In this document: positions 50,741-60,059 of the stretch, piece after piece
Numbering within the stretch: the stretch's first letter is position 1
How the letters are laid out: each line of letters opens with the position of its first letter
DNA from: Candidatus Acidiferrales bacterium
GTDB taxonomy: Bacteria > Acidobacteriota > Terriglobia > Acidiferrales > UBA7541
Assembly (NCBI GenBank): GCA_963817085.1
Contig: CAWFNI010000015.1
Location: forward strand, 145,809 to 209,808
Reading direction: 5' to 3'
DNA length: 64,000 nt
Notes under the pieces: model-generated
The model's database searches: none
Seen by the model: the letters and a program-made list of their open reading frames with translations, nothing else
Told to the model about the DNA's origin: nothing
Program-made: the position numbers and the translations under genes

Positions 50741-51583
50741 ATGCGCAGACTACTGGTTCTCGGATTCCTTTTTCTAGGCTTCGCCACTCTGGCTTCCGCC
50801 AGGCAGCGCGGGGCCGTGGCACCCGCCGCAATGCCTCCGGTTATGCGGGCCGCACCTCCAGCCATGCACGTCATGCCCGCGGCTCCGATTGCCGGCGGAC
50901 GCGTCGCACCCATGCGTCTACCAGCCCAGGCACGTCCGGGGACTCGCACGGTTACCTCTGGAATGAAGCCCGCGCTTCCCCGCAACCCTGCGTGGCATCC
51001 CGTGTCTCCCCAGCCGCTACCGCTGAATCCGCTCGCTCCGAACGGCCCCGGCGGTTTGCCTCCCGATGCCTTCAACAACTCTTCTTGCTTTTTCACCAAC
51101 TGCTATCCCGTGCCGGGATTCGGATTTGACTACGAGCACTTCTTTGCGGTTCATCCCAACTGGGGCGCTGAGCATCCCGTCGGTGGCGTCGTGCTTCCTT
51201 TCTTTGGCGGTGGCGGATTCTATATGCCAGTTCCGTACTACACCGACTCCACTCCTCAAGAGGGCGACCAGCAGACCGCTTCGAATGTTCAACCGGAACA
51301 AGCACAGCCGTCTTATGCCCAGGAATCCCAAACCTCTTCGCGCCAGAATTCCTACACCTATACCCCCAGCGAACCCGTCGCCGAATTTGTCTTTGTGAAG
51401 CGCGATGGCACCACTTTCAACGCCGTTGCCTATACCTTGTTGAAAGGCAAGCTCAAATACATCACCAAGGAAGGCCTCCGTCGCACCGTTCCTCTCGATT
51501 CTCTCGACCTGGATGCCACGCAGAAATCCAACGAAGAGCGCGGCACCTCCATTGATTTCCCCGGCCTTCCCCACTCCGCGTAA
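50741..51583 (+). CDS. Hypothetical Pro-rich secreted protein
   Basis: Signal peptide; low-complexity Pro region; C-terminal FVKRDG...AY...LDLDATQKSNEERG. Confidence 0.72.
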   Translation: MRRLLVLGFLFLGFATLASARQRGAVAPAAMPPVMRAAPPAMHVMPAAPIAGGRVAPMRLPAQARPGTRTVTSGMKPALPRNPAWHPVSPQPLPLNPLAPNGPGGLPPDAFNNSSCFFTNCYPVPGFGFDYEHFFAVHPNWGAEHPVGGVVLPFFGGGGFYMPVPYYTDSTPQEGDQQTASNVQPEQAQPSYAQESQTSSRQNSYTYTPSEPVAEFVFVKRDGTTFNAVAYTLLKGKLKYITKEGLRRTVPLDSLDLDATQKSNEERGTSIDFPGLPHSA

Positions 51584-51603
51584 TCTTACTGACCTTTTAT
51601 TGC

Positions 51604-51635
51604 GACGGCCCCGACCTGCTCGGGGCCGTCTTCTT
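51604..51635 (+). terminator. Intrinsic terminator
   Basis: GACGGCCCCGA-cctgc-TCGGGGCCGTC then TTCTT. Confidence 0.75.
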
Positions 51636-51683
51636 GTGGTGTCGCCAACTTTCAGGAGGGTCAGCTCAACTCGCCCAAAGCAC

Positions 51684-52631
51684 TCAGGCTTTGCGCACCG
51701 GCTCCGGCATTACATAGCCAGACGTCGCCGGGAGTCCCGCGCGCTCCAGTTGCACGGTGCTGTGCTCAATCCCAAACTCTTTTACTTTCTTCTGAATGGC
51801 CGCAAGTACCTTTTCACTCTCTTCCATGTGCATGTCCGGAATCCGCGCGTGGCAACTCAGCGCGTTGTGTTCGCCTCCCAGCGACCATATATGGATGTCG
51901 TGCACTTCTTGCACCTGCTCCACCGTCAGGATCGCTCGCGCCACTTCCTCCACCCGCGTCCCCCGTGGCCGCCCCTCCAGCAGGATGTGCGCCGATTCCC
52001 GCAAGATCCCGATCGACGAATACAGCACCAGCACTCCGATCGCCAGCCCCAGCAGCGGGTCGATCCAGTGCATTTGTGTGTAGCTCATCACCACCGCGCC
52101 GATAATGATCGCGATATTGGAAAGCGCGTCCCCAAAATTGTGTACCAGGATGCTCCGCAAATTCAGGTCCGCGTGGCCCCGCACCAACGCCAGAGTGATC
52201 CCGCCATTCACCGCCAGCGCCGCCAGCGACGTCCAGATCATCCAGCTTTCCACCACTGCCACGGGATTGCGCAGCCGCTCGATTGCCTCATAACCCAGCC
52301 ACAGCGCCAGCACCATCAGCAACACTGCGTTCGTGAACGCCGCCAGTGTCCCCGCCCGGTGATACCCGTACGTCCTGTCTGAATCCGCGGGCCGTTGCGC
52401 CCATTGCATCGCCAGCCAGGAAATCCCCAGCGCCGGCACGTCCGAAAGGTTGTGCACCGCGTCATTCAGCAGCGCCACCGAGCGCCCCAGCAAGCCGCCA
52501 AACACCTCCGCCACGACCAGTCCCAGCGTTGCCGCGATCGCCCACGCCAGCACCGACGGCTTCATCGCCGCATGCGCGTGGCTGTGCCCATGCCCGTGGT
52601 CGTGTCCATGATGGTGTGCGTGCCCGTGCAT
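51684..52631 (-). CDS. Cation diffusion facilitator (CzcD/ZitB-type Zn/Co/Cd exporter)
   Basis: His-rich N-terminus, ALLNDAVHNLSD, TYGYHR, HNFGD, VHDIHIWSL, HSTVQLE. Confidence 0.93.
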   Translation of the reverse strand: MHGHAHHHGHDHGHGHSHAHAAMKPSVLAWAIAATLGLVVAEVFGGLLGRSVALLNDAVHNLSDVPALGISWLAMQWAQRPADSDRTYGYHRAGTLAAFTNAVLLMVLALWLGYEAIERLRNPVAVVESWMIWTSLAALAVNGGITLALVRGHADLNLRSILVHNFGDALSNIAIIIGAVVMSYTQMHWIDPLLGLAIGVLVLYSSIGILRESAHILLEGRPRGTRVEEVARAILTVEQVQEVHDIHIWSLGGEHNALSCHARIPDMHMEESEKVLAAIQKKVKEFGIEHSTVQLERAGLPATSGYVMPEPVRKA

Positions 52632-52820
52632 CCGTCTGTATTCTACTTCCATCCCACTCCTGCCGCAGCCCCGCCGATTCGCCTGTTGTTGGAAGTATGA
52701 CAACACTCTCCCGTGAATTCATTGACGCTTCCCGCAGCCGCTGCCACTATCAGAAACGGGACAGCCTGACTCGTCAGACGCACTGTTTCACAGGGGTGAT
52801 TGGCCGCGGCGCCGACCAAA

Positions 52821-53990
52821 ATGAGTACTCCCATCGCCAAGTTGAGCTTCTGGGGCGTTCGCGGCTCCACGCCCACCGTCGACCCCGCCACCTGGCGCTA
52901 CGGCGGGAACACCCCCTGCCTCGATTTCATCGCTCCTGATGGCACGCAATTCATTCTGGACTGCGGCACCGGCTTGCGCATGTTGGGCAACCGCTGGGCC
53001 GCCGATGATTCCGTGCGCCCCACGCATTCGCATATCTTCGTCACCCACTATCATTGGGACCACATTCAGGGTCTCCCCTTTTTCGCTCCCCTCTACGTCG
53101 AGAAGAATGAATTTCAGTTTTACAGTTTCCGCTCCAAGTTCCTTGGCCGCGACTCCCTCCGCCAGGTCTTTGAAACCCAAATGGCCTTGCCCTATTTCCC
53201 CGTCGATTTTTCCGCCATGAGCGCCCGCAGAAAATTCCGCGAGGTCGACGGCGGTGAAAGTTTCCGCGTCGGCGAAAACAAAGTCACCGCACGCTGGCTT
53301 AACCATCCCCAAGGTTGCCTCGGCTTCCGCATCGAGACTCCCGCCGGCGTCATTGTCTACGCCACGGACAACGAACCCGGCGATCCCAAGCTGGACAAAA
53401 GCCTGCGCGAACTCGCCGCCGGCGCGGACATCTTCGTCAACGACGCTCAATTCACTCCCTCTCAACTCGCCACCACCCGTAAAGGTTGGGGCCATTCCTC
53501 CTGGAAGGAAGGCGTGGACATCGCGCGCGAAGTGGATGCAAAGACCGTTGTCCTGTTCCATCACGACCCCGACTCCACCGATCGCATTGTTGACGGCCTG
53601 CTTCGCCAGGCCCGCGACGAGTTCGATTCCGTCTTCGCCGCCAGCGAAGGCATGGTCATTACTCTTGGCGCCGCCGGTGAACCCGTTCAGGCGCACTTGC
53701 CCGAATCTCGCACCGCGCTCCGCCGCGAAGCGCAATTCCGCGCTTCCGTCAGCGGCCTCACTTCCGATGGCCAGCGCTTTCAGGAAGAAACCACCGTGCG
53801 CGACCTCGCGCTGCAAGGCGCGCTCATCTCTCTAAAGCACAGCCCGCGCCTGCAATCGGAACTTGAAGTGGTTATGGAAACGCCCGGCGCCGATGGCGTC
53901 CAGGAAATGCGCTTGCGGGGTTACGTGGTGCGCTTGGAAGCGGGCATGGAAAAGGGAACCACAGCGGTGGGCGTCGTCTTTACCGATTAA
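52821..53990 (+). CDS. MBL-fold metallo-hydrolase fused to a C-terminal PilZ-like domain
   Basis: WGVRGSTP, YGGNTPC, DCGTG, THYHWDHIQG, GWGHS, FHHDP; C-terminal RTALR...RDLALQGA...GYVVR...GVVF. Confidence 0.85.
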   Translation: MSTPIAKLSFWGVRGSTPTVDPATWRYGGNTPCLDFIAPDGTQFILDCGTGLRMLGNRWAADDSVRPTHSHIFVTHYHWDHIQGLPFFAPLYVEKNEFQFYSFRSKFLGRDSLRQVFETQMALPYFPVDFSAMSARRKFREVDGGESFRVGENKVTARWLNHPQGCLGFRIETPAGVIVYATDNEPGDPKLDKSLRELAAGADIFVNDAQFTPSQLATTRKGWGHSSWKEGVDIAREVDAKTVVLFHHDPDSTDRIVDGLLRQARDEFDSVFAASEGMVITLGAAGEPVQAHLPESRTALRREAQFRASVSGLTSDGQRFQEETTVRDLALQGALISLKHSPRLQSELEVVMETPGADGVQEMRLRGYVVRLEAGMEKGTTAVGVVFTD

Positions 53991-53993
53991 AAC

Positions 53994-54239
53994 TCAGCTC
54001 AGATCGGCGATCTTCTTATCCAGGTGGGCCAGCGCGGCTTCCAGAGACTTGCGGTGATTCGGATGCGTCGCGTGTTCCAGGTCATTCAGAATGCGTATTC
54101 GAGAGAGGTTCAGTCCGCGCTTTTCCGACTCCTTGCGTAAATCTTCCACGCTCTTCTCTGCTCTGCCTGAATTATCAGCCACGGTTTTCCTGTCTTCCAC
54201 CTGGGATTCGACGTCTTTGCTTTCCCATCCTCGTGCCAT
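53994..54239 (-). CDS. Small hypothetical protein
   Basis: AGAGG SD; MARGWESKDVESQ...coiled coil...LEAALAHLD. Confidence 0.7.
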   Translation of the reverse strand: MARGWESKDVESQVEDRKTVADNSGRAEKSVEDLRKESEKRGLNLSRIRILNDLEHATHPNHRKSLEAALAHLDKKIADLS

Positions 54240-54312
54240 ACCTCTATTTTCGCACAGTTAGCGCCAGGGAAGGGCGCGGAAGCAATATTCTACTTGTGAC
54301 CGGAGCACACGC

Positions 54313-54957
54313 TTAGGCGCTCGCCATGCGGCGCTTCGGCGGCTTTGCCTGCGTGGCAAGATTCGCCTGGCGAAGCGATTCCTCCGCCAACCGCGCAAAG
54401 CGTTCCGCAAAAATCCCTTTGTAGAAAAACTCCGCTTTGTGGTCCGCCCAGCGCACGCGCAGCAGCCAGTGGTCGCCGCCCGGTTCCACGTCCAGGCTGG
54501 CGATTTCCCCGGTGGTAATCACCACCAGCGGGTCGAAATGCTTATCCAGCGCCCAGGTGTGCGAAGGCGAAATATAAAGATGCGCGTTCCTGGCCGGACC
54601 GTTTCCCGGCTGGTACTCGCCCCCGCTCACCACCGTTTGCGCGCCCAGCTCCCGCGCCTTGCGGTCCGTGGCGGATTCCAGTTCCGCGGGAGGCAGCAGG
54701 ATGGAGAGCACGAACAGGGTCAATCCAAACAGCGCGGTGAAATAACCGTTCCAAAGCGTCAGCGGCAGGATCACCAGCGCGGCACCGGCGCAGCCCATGG
54801 CGATGCGGAACAGCGTCCAGGACTGCTCGTTGCGGTACAGTTGCAGGAACTTCGGGAAGCGCTGGATGAACAGGAAGAACGCCGCGCCAATTACATTCCG
54901 GACGCGCTGCACCATCCCTGCCTCTTCCGCGGTGATCGTTGTAGGGGTCGTGCTCAT
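54313..54957 (-). CDS. Hypothetical membrane protein
   Basis: 214 aa, two central TM helices, co-oriented with neighbours, 15 nt from the upstream gene. Confidence 0.7.
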   Translation of the reverse strand: MSTTPTTITAEEAGMVQRVRNVIGAAFFLFIQRFPKFLQLYRNEQSWTLFRIAMGCAGAALVILPLTLWNGYFTALFGLTLFVLSILLPPAELESATDRKARELGAQTVVSGGEYQPGNGPARNAHLYISPSHTWALDKHFDPLVVITTGEIASLDVEPGGDHWLLRVRWADHKAEFFYKGIFAERFARLAEESLRQANLATQAKPPKRRMASA

Positions 54958-54972
54958 GGGTTAACCAAGCTG

Positions 54973-55332
54973 CTATTTTACCTCAGATTGCAGGCCCGCA
55001 ACCTCCCTCATTCTGGCAAAGGCCCGGCGCACGTGCGGGATGGTAATCGAGCCGCCCACGACCAGCGCCACGTTCAGCGCATCGATTACTTCGCCGCGTT
55101 TCCACCCCACTTCGCCCGCGCGCACCAGGTGGTAGCTGATGCAGTCGTCGCAGCGTAGCACCGTCGAAGCCACCAGCCCCAGCAGCTCTTTCGTTTTGGT
55201 GTCCAGCGCGCCCTCTTCGTACGCCTGGTGGTCCAGCGCGAAGAACCGCTTGATCCCCAGATGCCCACAGCCCAGAATTTCCTCGTTCAACTCCGCGCGA
55301 AACTTCTGAAACTCCTCCAGCCGGTCGCTCAT
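54973..55332 (-). CDS. Carboxymuconolactone decarboxylase / AhpD family protein
   Basis: GGAGG SD; GALDTKTKELLGL...LRCDDCISYH...VGGSITIPH. Confidence 0.9.
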   Translation of the reverse strand: MSDRLEEFQKFRAELNEEILGCGHLGIKRFFALDHQAYEEGALDTKTKELLGLVASTVLRCDDCISYHLVRAGEVGWKRGEVIDALNVALVVGGSITIPHVRRAFARMREVAGLQSEVK

Positions 55333-55348
55333 AGCGCCTCCCGGGAGT

Positions 55349-55762
55349 AGTTTACAGGCGACAGTTGACAGTTCACAGGCCAGGAATGGTCCTCGTGCCG
55401 ATGGCAATGCCGGGCGGGAGTAGGAAGGGGGGAAGAGAAGAGTTGGCCACAGGGACACAGAGTACACGGAGCAGCAGAGAGTTTCGATCGGGAGGATGAC
55501 GAAAGTACGGGCGAGTGCGAGAGTGGAAAACACGGAAAGAGTTCCGAAATGGAATCATTGGTCGCCCCCCCTACTCCCCCCTGTTTCTTCGGTACGAGAA
55601 TGGAAGTGATGGAAAAGAAGGGAGATGGAGGAAAGGCCGTACTGTAAATACCGAAAAATACGGAATGAAGGGGGGAGGCGAAAGGAGCGGGGGTCAAGGG
55701 AGTGGTGGGAGCATCGCCATTCCGGCGAGGACGCTCGCCTCGCGGATCGGGGCAAGCCGGGT
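55349..55762. repeat. Composite tract of short tandem repeats and imperfect inverted repeats (REP/MITE-like)
   Basis: Four 7-mers (tttacag gcgacag ttgacag ttcacag); 9-nt periodic cacaggga/cacagagta/cacggag; IR arms CTCCCCCCT..TTCGGTA and TACCGAA..AGGGGGGAG. Confidence 0.55.
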
Positions 55763-55997
55763 ATACGACAGTGGTGCCGAATTGTCGCCAGGCGTTATAG
55801 CAGGTCATTTATCACCTGTAGAGTGTCATTCACGGAGTACTAGTTTCGAAACTGGTACGTGAGGGGCGAAGGATCGGATGCGAGGCCGAGGTTCAAACCC
55901 CGAGTTGGCTGCACCCCGGATTCATAGGGGCCAAACGCGCTGCCCAGGTCGGTTCTTCGAGACTACAGGTCGAAGGCACCTGATTCTCTAAGCGATA

Positions 55998-56200
55998 ATG
56001 ATTGGGGATGACAGGGATGCCGTAAAGGAAAATGTCCGGCGCTCGCTTGAGACATTTGCGGGCAAGTTTGACAGACTCATGCAGCAAATGGACTACAACG
56101 AAGCCAACGGGATTATTATTGGGCCGGAGTTTTCGCGAATCTTCGCCGAACTGATCCTTCAATCTGTCGACAGGGCCCTGTGCAGCGAACTCCAGAGTAA
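55998..56200 (+). pseudogene. Reverse transcriptase fragment, Drt3b (UG8)-like
   Basis: DAVKEN...FAGKFDRLMQQMDYNEANGIIIGPEFSRIFAELILQSVD matches my recollection of the Drt3b motif-B region; no upstream motif A and no downstream YxDD. Confidence 0.72.
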
Positions 56201-56419
56201 AGCCGAAGGCACGTCCAGACCGGTTGAAATCACCGGTATGAGAGTAGGTTTTGGGAAGTGCATCTATGTCGGGGCTTCCGCCGGAAATGGGCGGAGGCAG
56301 AAGGCGTGGAAGGTCTGACTCCTTAAGTTGAAGGGAACAGCGGGAGCCGGCGCTTCGACTGCCCTGAGGGCAGGCACTGAAGGCTGCCACTACCACTGCG
56401 AAGAGGGAGGCACGTTCAG

Positions 56420-56608
56420 GCGGGGTGGATTCTTCGTCCTGCTGGGAGTTCGTCATAGGGCGGGTTGATGATGAGGCTGTCGGTGGTTTTGGATGGCATG
56501 GGATTAAGAGGGAAGCGGATTGCTCCCTGTGTTCGGAATGACAAGAGGGGGGACTTGGCGAGGAAGCAGATTCCTCACCCGCCAAAATGCGGCGGGTTCG
56601 GCTTGACC
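56420..56608. repeat. Two to three degenerate REP-like units
   Basis: AAGCGGATTGCTC...TTCGGAATGAC (56513-56542) and AAGCAGATTCCTC-ACCCGCC..GGCGGGT-TCGGCTTGAC (56564-56607). Confidence 0.55.
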
Positions 56609-56927
56609 AGACGAGATGGGGATCGATAAAGAGACCGGTTGGCGGAGGGGCGAGGGCGACGGGAGGATTATTGATGCGCCGCCTGCCCTTGTGGCGGGAG
56701 TGGTTGATAGAGCAATTGTGGGGCGAGTCTTGCGGGGGCTTCGGGGACTTTGTGGGCAACACATCTTTCGCCCTGCGGTATCAGTCCAGAGTAAATTTAT
56801 CAGAAGCTACTAGAGGATGCTAACCATGCGCGGAGGGAATGCCGAGCAGGAAGGTCACAAGGGAGGTGAAATCATCCTCCGTTTGCAGTGACGGTATGCG
56901 GTTGCGTGTGCGACCGGACGAGAATGG

Positions 56928-57494
56928 TCAGCGATGCTTGCGGCGGGGGTGGATAAATTCGCGGGACAGGGCTTTCCAGAAATCGCGGCCCCAGATGGCG
57001 AGGAGCAGTGCGGTGCCGAAGAGCAGGATGGCGTCGAAGCTGGCGCGGCCTTCGCGGGTCCAGTAGAGCTGGTCCTCGAGATTGAGCCAGAGCGCGAATT
57101 CGTCGAGAGTGAGCGCGGCGCCGATGCCGTAGAGCAGAGACATCAGGCGGCTGGCGAAGAGAGAGGTGCCGCGCGTGCCGGTGCCGACTTCCATGAGCCA
57201 AGCGAAACCCACACTAAGAAGGATGAGGATGCCCCAGACGAGATGGTGCACGTGGGTGCCGCGAATGACGATGTAATGGAAGGGTCCGATATTGTGGGCG
57301 GCGGCCCAAGCGGCGACCCGGGCGAACGCAATGGTAGCGAAGAAACCGGCGGCAGCGAGGATCAGACGGCGTTTGGGGCGGTCGCGGACATGTTCATGGA
57401 AGAGAGCGCCGATGCGTGTGCGGTACAGGCTCAGGAGAACAAGAGCAGCGGTGAGGAGAACAGCGGCGGCAAAGAGCCAGGAATTATCCGACAT
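56928..57494 (-). CDS. Hypothetical integral membrane protein
   Basis: HVHHLVWGILILL, GIGAALTLDEFALWLNL..YW..EGRAS; 4-5 TM. Confidence 0.78.
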   Translation of the reverse strand: MSDNSWLFAAAVLLTAALVLLSLYRTRIGALFHEHVRDRPKRRLILAAAGFFATIAFARVAAWAAAHNIGPFHYIVIRGTHVHHLVWGILILLSVGFAWLMEVGTGTRGTSLFASRLMSLLYGIGAALTLDEFALWLNLEDQLYWTREGRASFDAILLFGTALLLAIWGRDFWKALSREFIHPRRKHR

Positions 57495-57654
57495 GAACGG
57501 GAATGCTCCGGCAAAGGGAAAGTATATCGTGCGGAGAAAGATTTTTGGTGACGGGCGCACCGGCGACAGTGAAATGCAACTGGGAGAAGAGAGACCCGTG
57601 CGTGCCACGGCGGCGGTAGAATAGTGCAAGTTCGCCGACGGGAGGTGGCTAGAG

Positions 57655-58380
57655 ATGAAAAAACTCCTGAGATGCGCGGTGATTTGTGCGGGAATACTGG
57701 CTGGTGTGTGCGGAGCGCTTTCGGCGCAGGAAGCGACGGCGAACCGCAATGTGAAATTGCGGCGCGACCCTTCGACATCAAGTCCGGTGATCGCACACCT
57801 GGTGAAGGGCGACCGGTTGACGCTGGTCGATGCGACGGCCACGAGCGGGTTTTATCACGTGCGGACGGAGAACGATCAGGTTGGCTGGGTGTGGGCAAAG
57901 TACGCGACGATTGCCCCAACGGCGCCAGCTCCGCCGAGCCCTGCAGCAACGCCGGGAGCGCCGCAATGCGACAGCAGCTTGTGGAATCACGTGTATCATC
58001 CTGCGCGGCTGATCGTGAAGCAGCAGTGCATCGCCGTGACCGGCACGATCGTCGACGCGACCAAGGGAACAGAACACGACGGGGTGCGGCATGAAGCGGA
58101 TGGGGATACGCACGGCTGGCTGAAGGTGGACGCCGGGTTTGAGAATTTGCTCAACGCTGGGAATTTGAGCGACGAGGGTGGCAACCTGGTGTTTGAAATT
58201 GTGTGCCGGTTTCCGGTGACGCAGCCGGACGCGAAGACCGCATGTAAGAACTATACCGACCATGTGACGCTACCGGCGGTGAACTCCCATGTGCGCATCG
58301 TGGGGACTTATGTACAGGACACGTTTCATGCGAAATGGATGGAGATCCATCCGGTGACCAGCATTGAAGTGATCCCGTAG
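57655..58380 (+). CDS. Secreted SH3-domain protein with an uncharacterised C-terminal domain
   Basis: GGGAGG SD; signal peptide; SH3b (NVKLRRDPS...GWV); Pro/Ala linker; HVYHPARL...HEADGDTH...WMEIHPV. Confidence 0.8.
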   Translation: MKKLLRCAVICAGILAGVCGALSAQEATANRNVKLRRDPSTSSPVIAHLVKGDRLTLVDATATSGFYHVRTENDQVGWVWAKYATIAPTAPAPPSPAATPGAPQCDSSLWNHVYHPARLIVKQQCIAVTGTIVDATKGTEHDGVRHEADGDTHGWLKVDAGFENLLNAGNLSDEGGNLVFEIVCRFPVTQPDAKTACKNYTDHVTLPAVNSHVRIVGTYVQDTFHAKWMEIHPVTSIEVIP

Positions 58381-58430
58381 ATGGCCGCACGCAAAACGGC
58401 TGAAATCACTCCACGCAAACCGAGAGGCCG

Positions 58431-59306
58431 CTATTTCAGTCGCGGCGTGGCGTGCTTCAGGGCTTCGGCTTCGCCCTTTTTGCAGGTGTCCTGCATGTTG
58501 CCGGAAATAGCGGCGCAGCGATGGAAAGCGGCGGCGGCTTCCGCAAAGTGGCTGGCACTTTCATTGGCAAACCCGAGGAGATAGAGGTTGGCGGGGTCGC
58601 GCTCGTGGTCGAACTTGGCGGCCTGCTCGAGATCCTGGATGGCTTCGGCGGACTTTCCCTGGCGGAGACTGACCAGCCCGAGACCACTATAGGCCATGGC
58701 GAGGGCCTGCTCCTGGTTGGCGTCGAAGGCTTCCTGGGTGGCGGTGTCCGGCTTCTTGAGAGTGGGGGCAAGCTCGACGGCCTTCTTGCCATATTGCTCG
58801 GCCTTGGCGAGGCGCGCGGCGGCGTCTGGCTGAGCGGGATTGTACAAGCGAGCCAACGCCTGGCTGAGAACACCCATGGTGCGGATATCCAGAGGGTCCA
58901 ACGCAAGACTCTTTTCGCCGGCGGCAAGCGCCTGGTCAACCTGGTTGGTCGAGAAGTAGCCGACGGTCAGGTTCGCGTAGACATTGGAGCGGTATACGCT
59001 GGACGGAAATTTTTGCAGGAAGGATTCGCCGGACTGAATTTTCCTGGCCATGTCTGTGGCTGGAATGGATTGGAAAGACTTGAAGGCTTTGAAAGCCTTT
59101 TCCTCGCCGGGAGCGGGAGGCTTCACGAGTTCCAACATGTTTTCATTGTTGGTCGGTGTCTTGTCCTTGCCGATGGACGCGCCGCCCGACCCCATGCCGC
59201 TGGCGCCGGAGCCGGAGACAACCTGCGCGCATGCACCCGGGCTGAAGAAAGTGCAGAGGCCCGCAGCCAGGGTAAAGATACTGAACAACCGCCAGCAGGA
59301 TTTCAT
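58431..59306 (-). CDS. Secreted tetratricopeptide-repeat protein
   Basis: GGGAGG SD; signal peptide; TPR-like helices (AYSGLGLV..G..AEAI..LEQA; LYLLG..AEAAAAF). Confidence 0.78.
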   Translation of the reverse strand: MKSCWRLFSIFTLAAGLCTFFSPGACAQVVSGSGASGMGSGGASIGKDKTPTNNENMLELVKPPAPGEEKAFKAFKSFQSIPATDMARKIQSGESFLQKFPSSVYRSNVYANLTVGYFSTNQVDQALAAGEKSLALDPLDIRTMGVLSQALARLYNPAQPDAAARLAKAEQYGKKAVELAPTLKKPDTATQEAFDANQEQALAMAYSGLGLVSLRQGKSAEAIQDLEQAAKFDHERDPANLYLLGFANESASHFAEAAAAFHRCAAISGNMQDTCKKGEAEALKHATPRLK

Positions 59307-59565
59307 GTGTTCCTCCCAGGGGTGAGCGATATCCGGCAGCAAGGGGAGCGAGGGGGCGTTGCGGTAGGGCAGCAGCCGATTTTCGTCGCCATGTTAAGGA
59401 TAGCACCGCGATGCGAGGGTCGGGGAGAGCCCGGCGGGTCAGAAACAACGGAAGCCGCGGAGGGTGAGCCGAGAGCCCAGGAAGGGAGGGGTAGTCGCGT
59501 ACCGCGAATCAATCGAGCGCCATCTATCTATAAAGGAACGAAGTACACACCGAAGGAGACGCACG

Positions 59566-60039
59566 ATGGAACCGCGAATTCAGTACGCTAATTTTTCGAG
59601 AGAAGCATTGCGAGCCATGCTGGCGCTGGAGAGACATTTGAAAGCCTCAGGGCTGGCGGAAGAGTTGCAGGACCTGGTGAAGCTGCGTGCTTCACAGATC
59701 AACGGGTGCGCGTACTGCATCGACATGCACTGGAAGGACGCGCGGGCGCGGGGAGAAAGCGAGCAGCGATTGTATGCGCTGGACGCGTGGAGGGAATCCC
59801 CGTTCTACACGGCGCGGGAGCGGGCGGCGCTGGCGTGGACGGAATCGCTGACGCTGGTGGCGCAAACCCACGTGCCGGATGAAGTGTATGAAGAGGTGAA
59901 GAAAGAGTTCACGGAAGCGGAACTGGTGGACTTGACCTATGCGGTGGTGGCAATCAATGCGTGGAACCGGCTGGCGATATCGATGCGCGCGGTGCCGGGG
60001 GAATATCAGCCGCAGAAGAGAGTGTCAGCGGCGACCTAG
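59566..60039 (+). CDS. AhpD-like alkylhydroperoxidase family protein
   Basis: AAGGAG SD; LVKLRASQINGCAYCIDMH, ERAALAWTE, INAWNRLAI. Confidence 0.92.
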   Translation: MEPRIQYANFSREALRAMLALERHLKASGLAEELQDLVKLRASQINGCAYCIDMHWKDARARGESEQRLYALDAWRESPFYTARERAALAWTESLTLVAQTHVPDEVYEEVKKEFTEAELVDLTYAVVAINAWNRLAISMRAVPGEYQPQKRVSAAT

Positions 60040-60059
60040 ATGTGGGGGTGGGGTCGCGG

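Noticed and set aside
55862-55920. GGTTCAAACCC tRNA T-loop-like motif or att site
   Set aside because: No cloverleaf, a mismatched T-stem, no CCA end and no integrase
55349-56608. CRISPR array
   Set aside because: The repeats are short, degenerate and irregularly spaced, and there are no cas genes
55893-56762. 289-aa minus-strand ORF
   Set aside because: Low-complexity translation through REP-like repeats and antisense to the RT fragment
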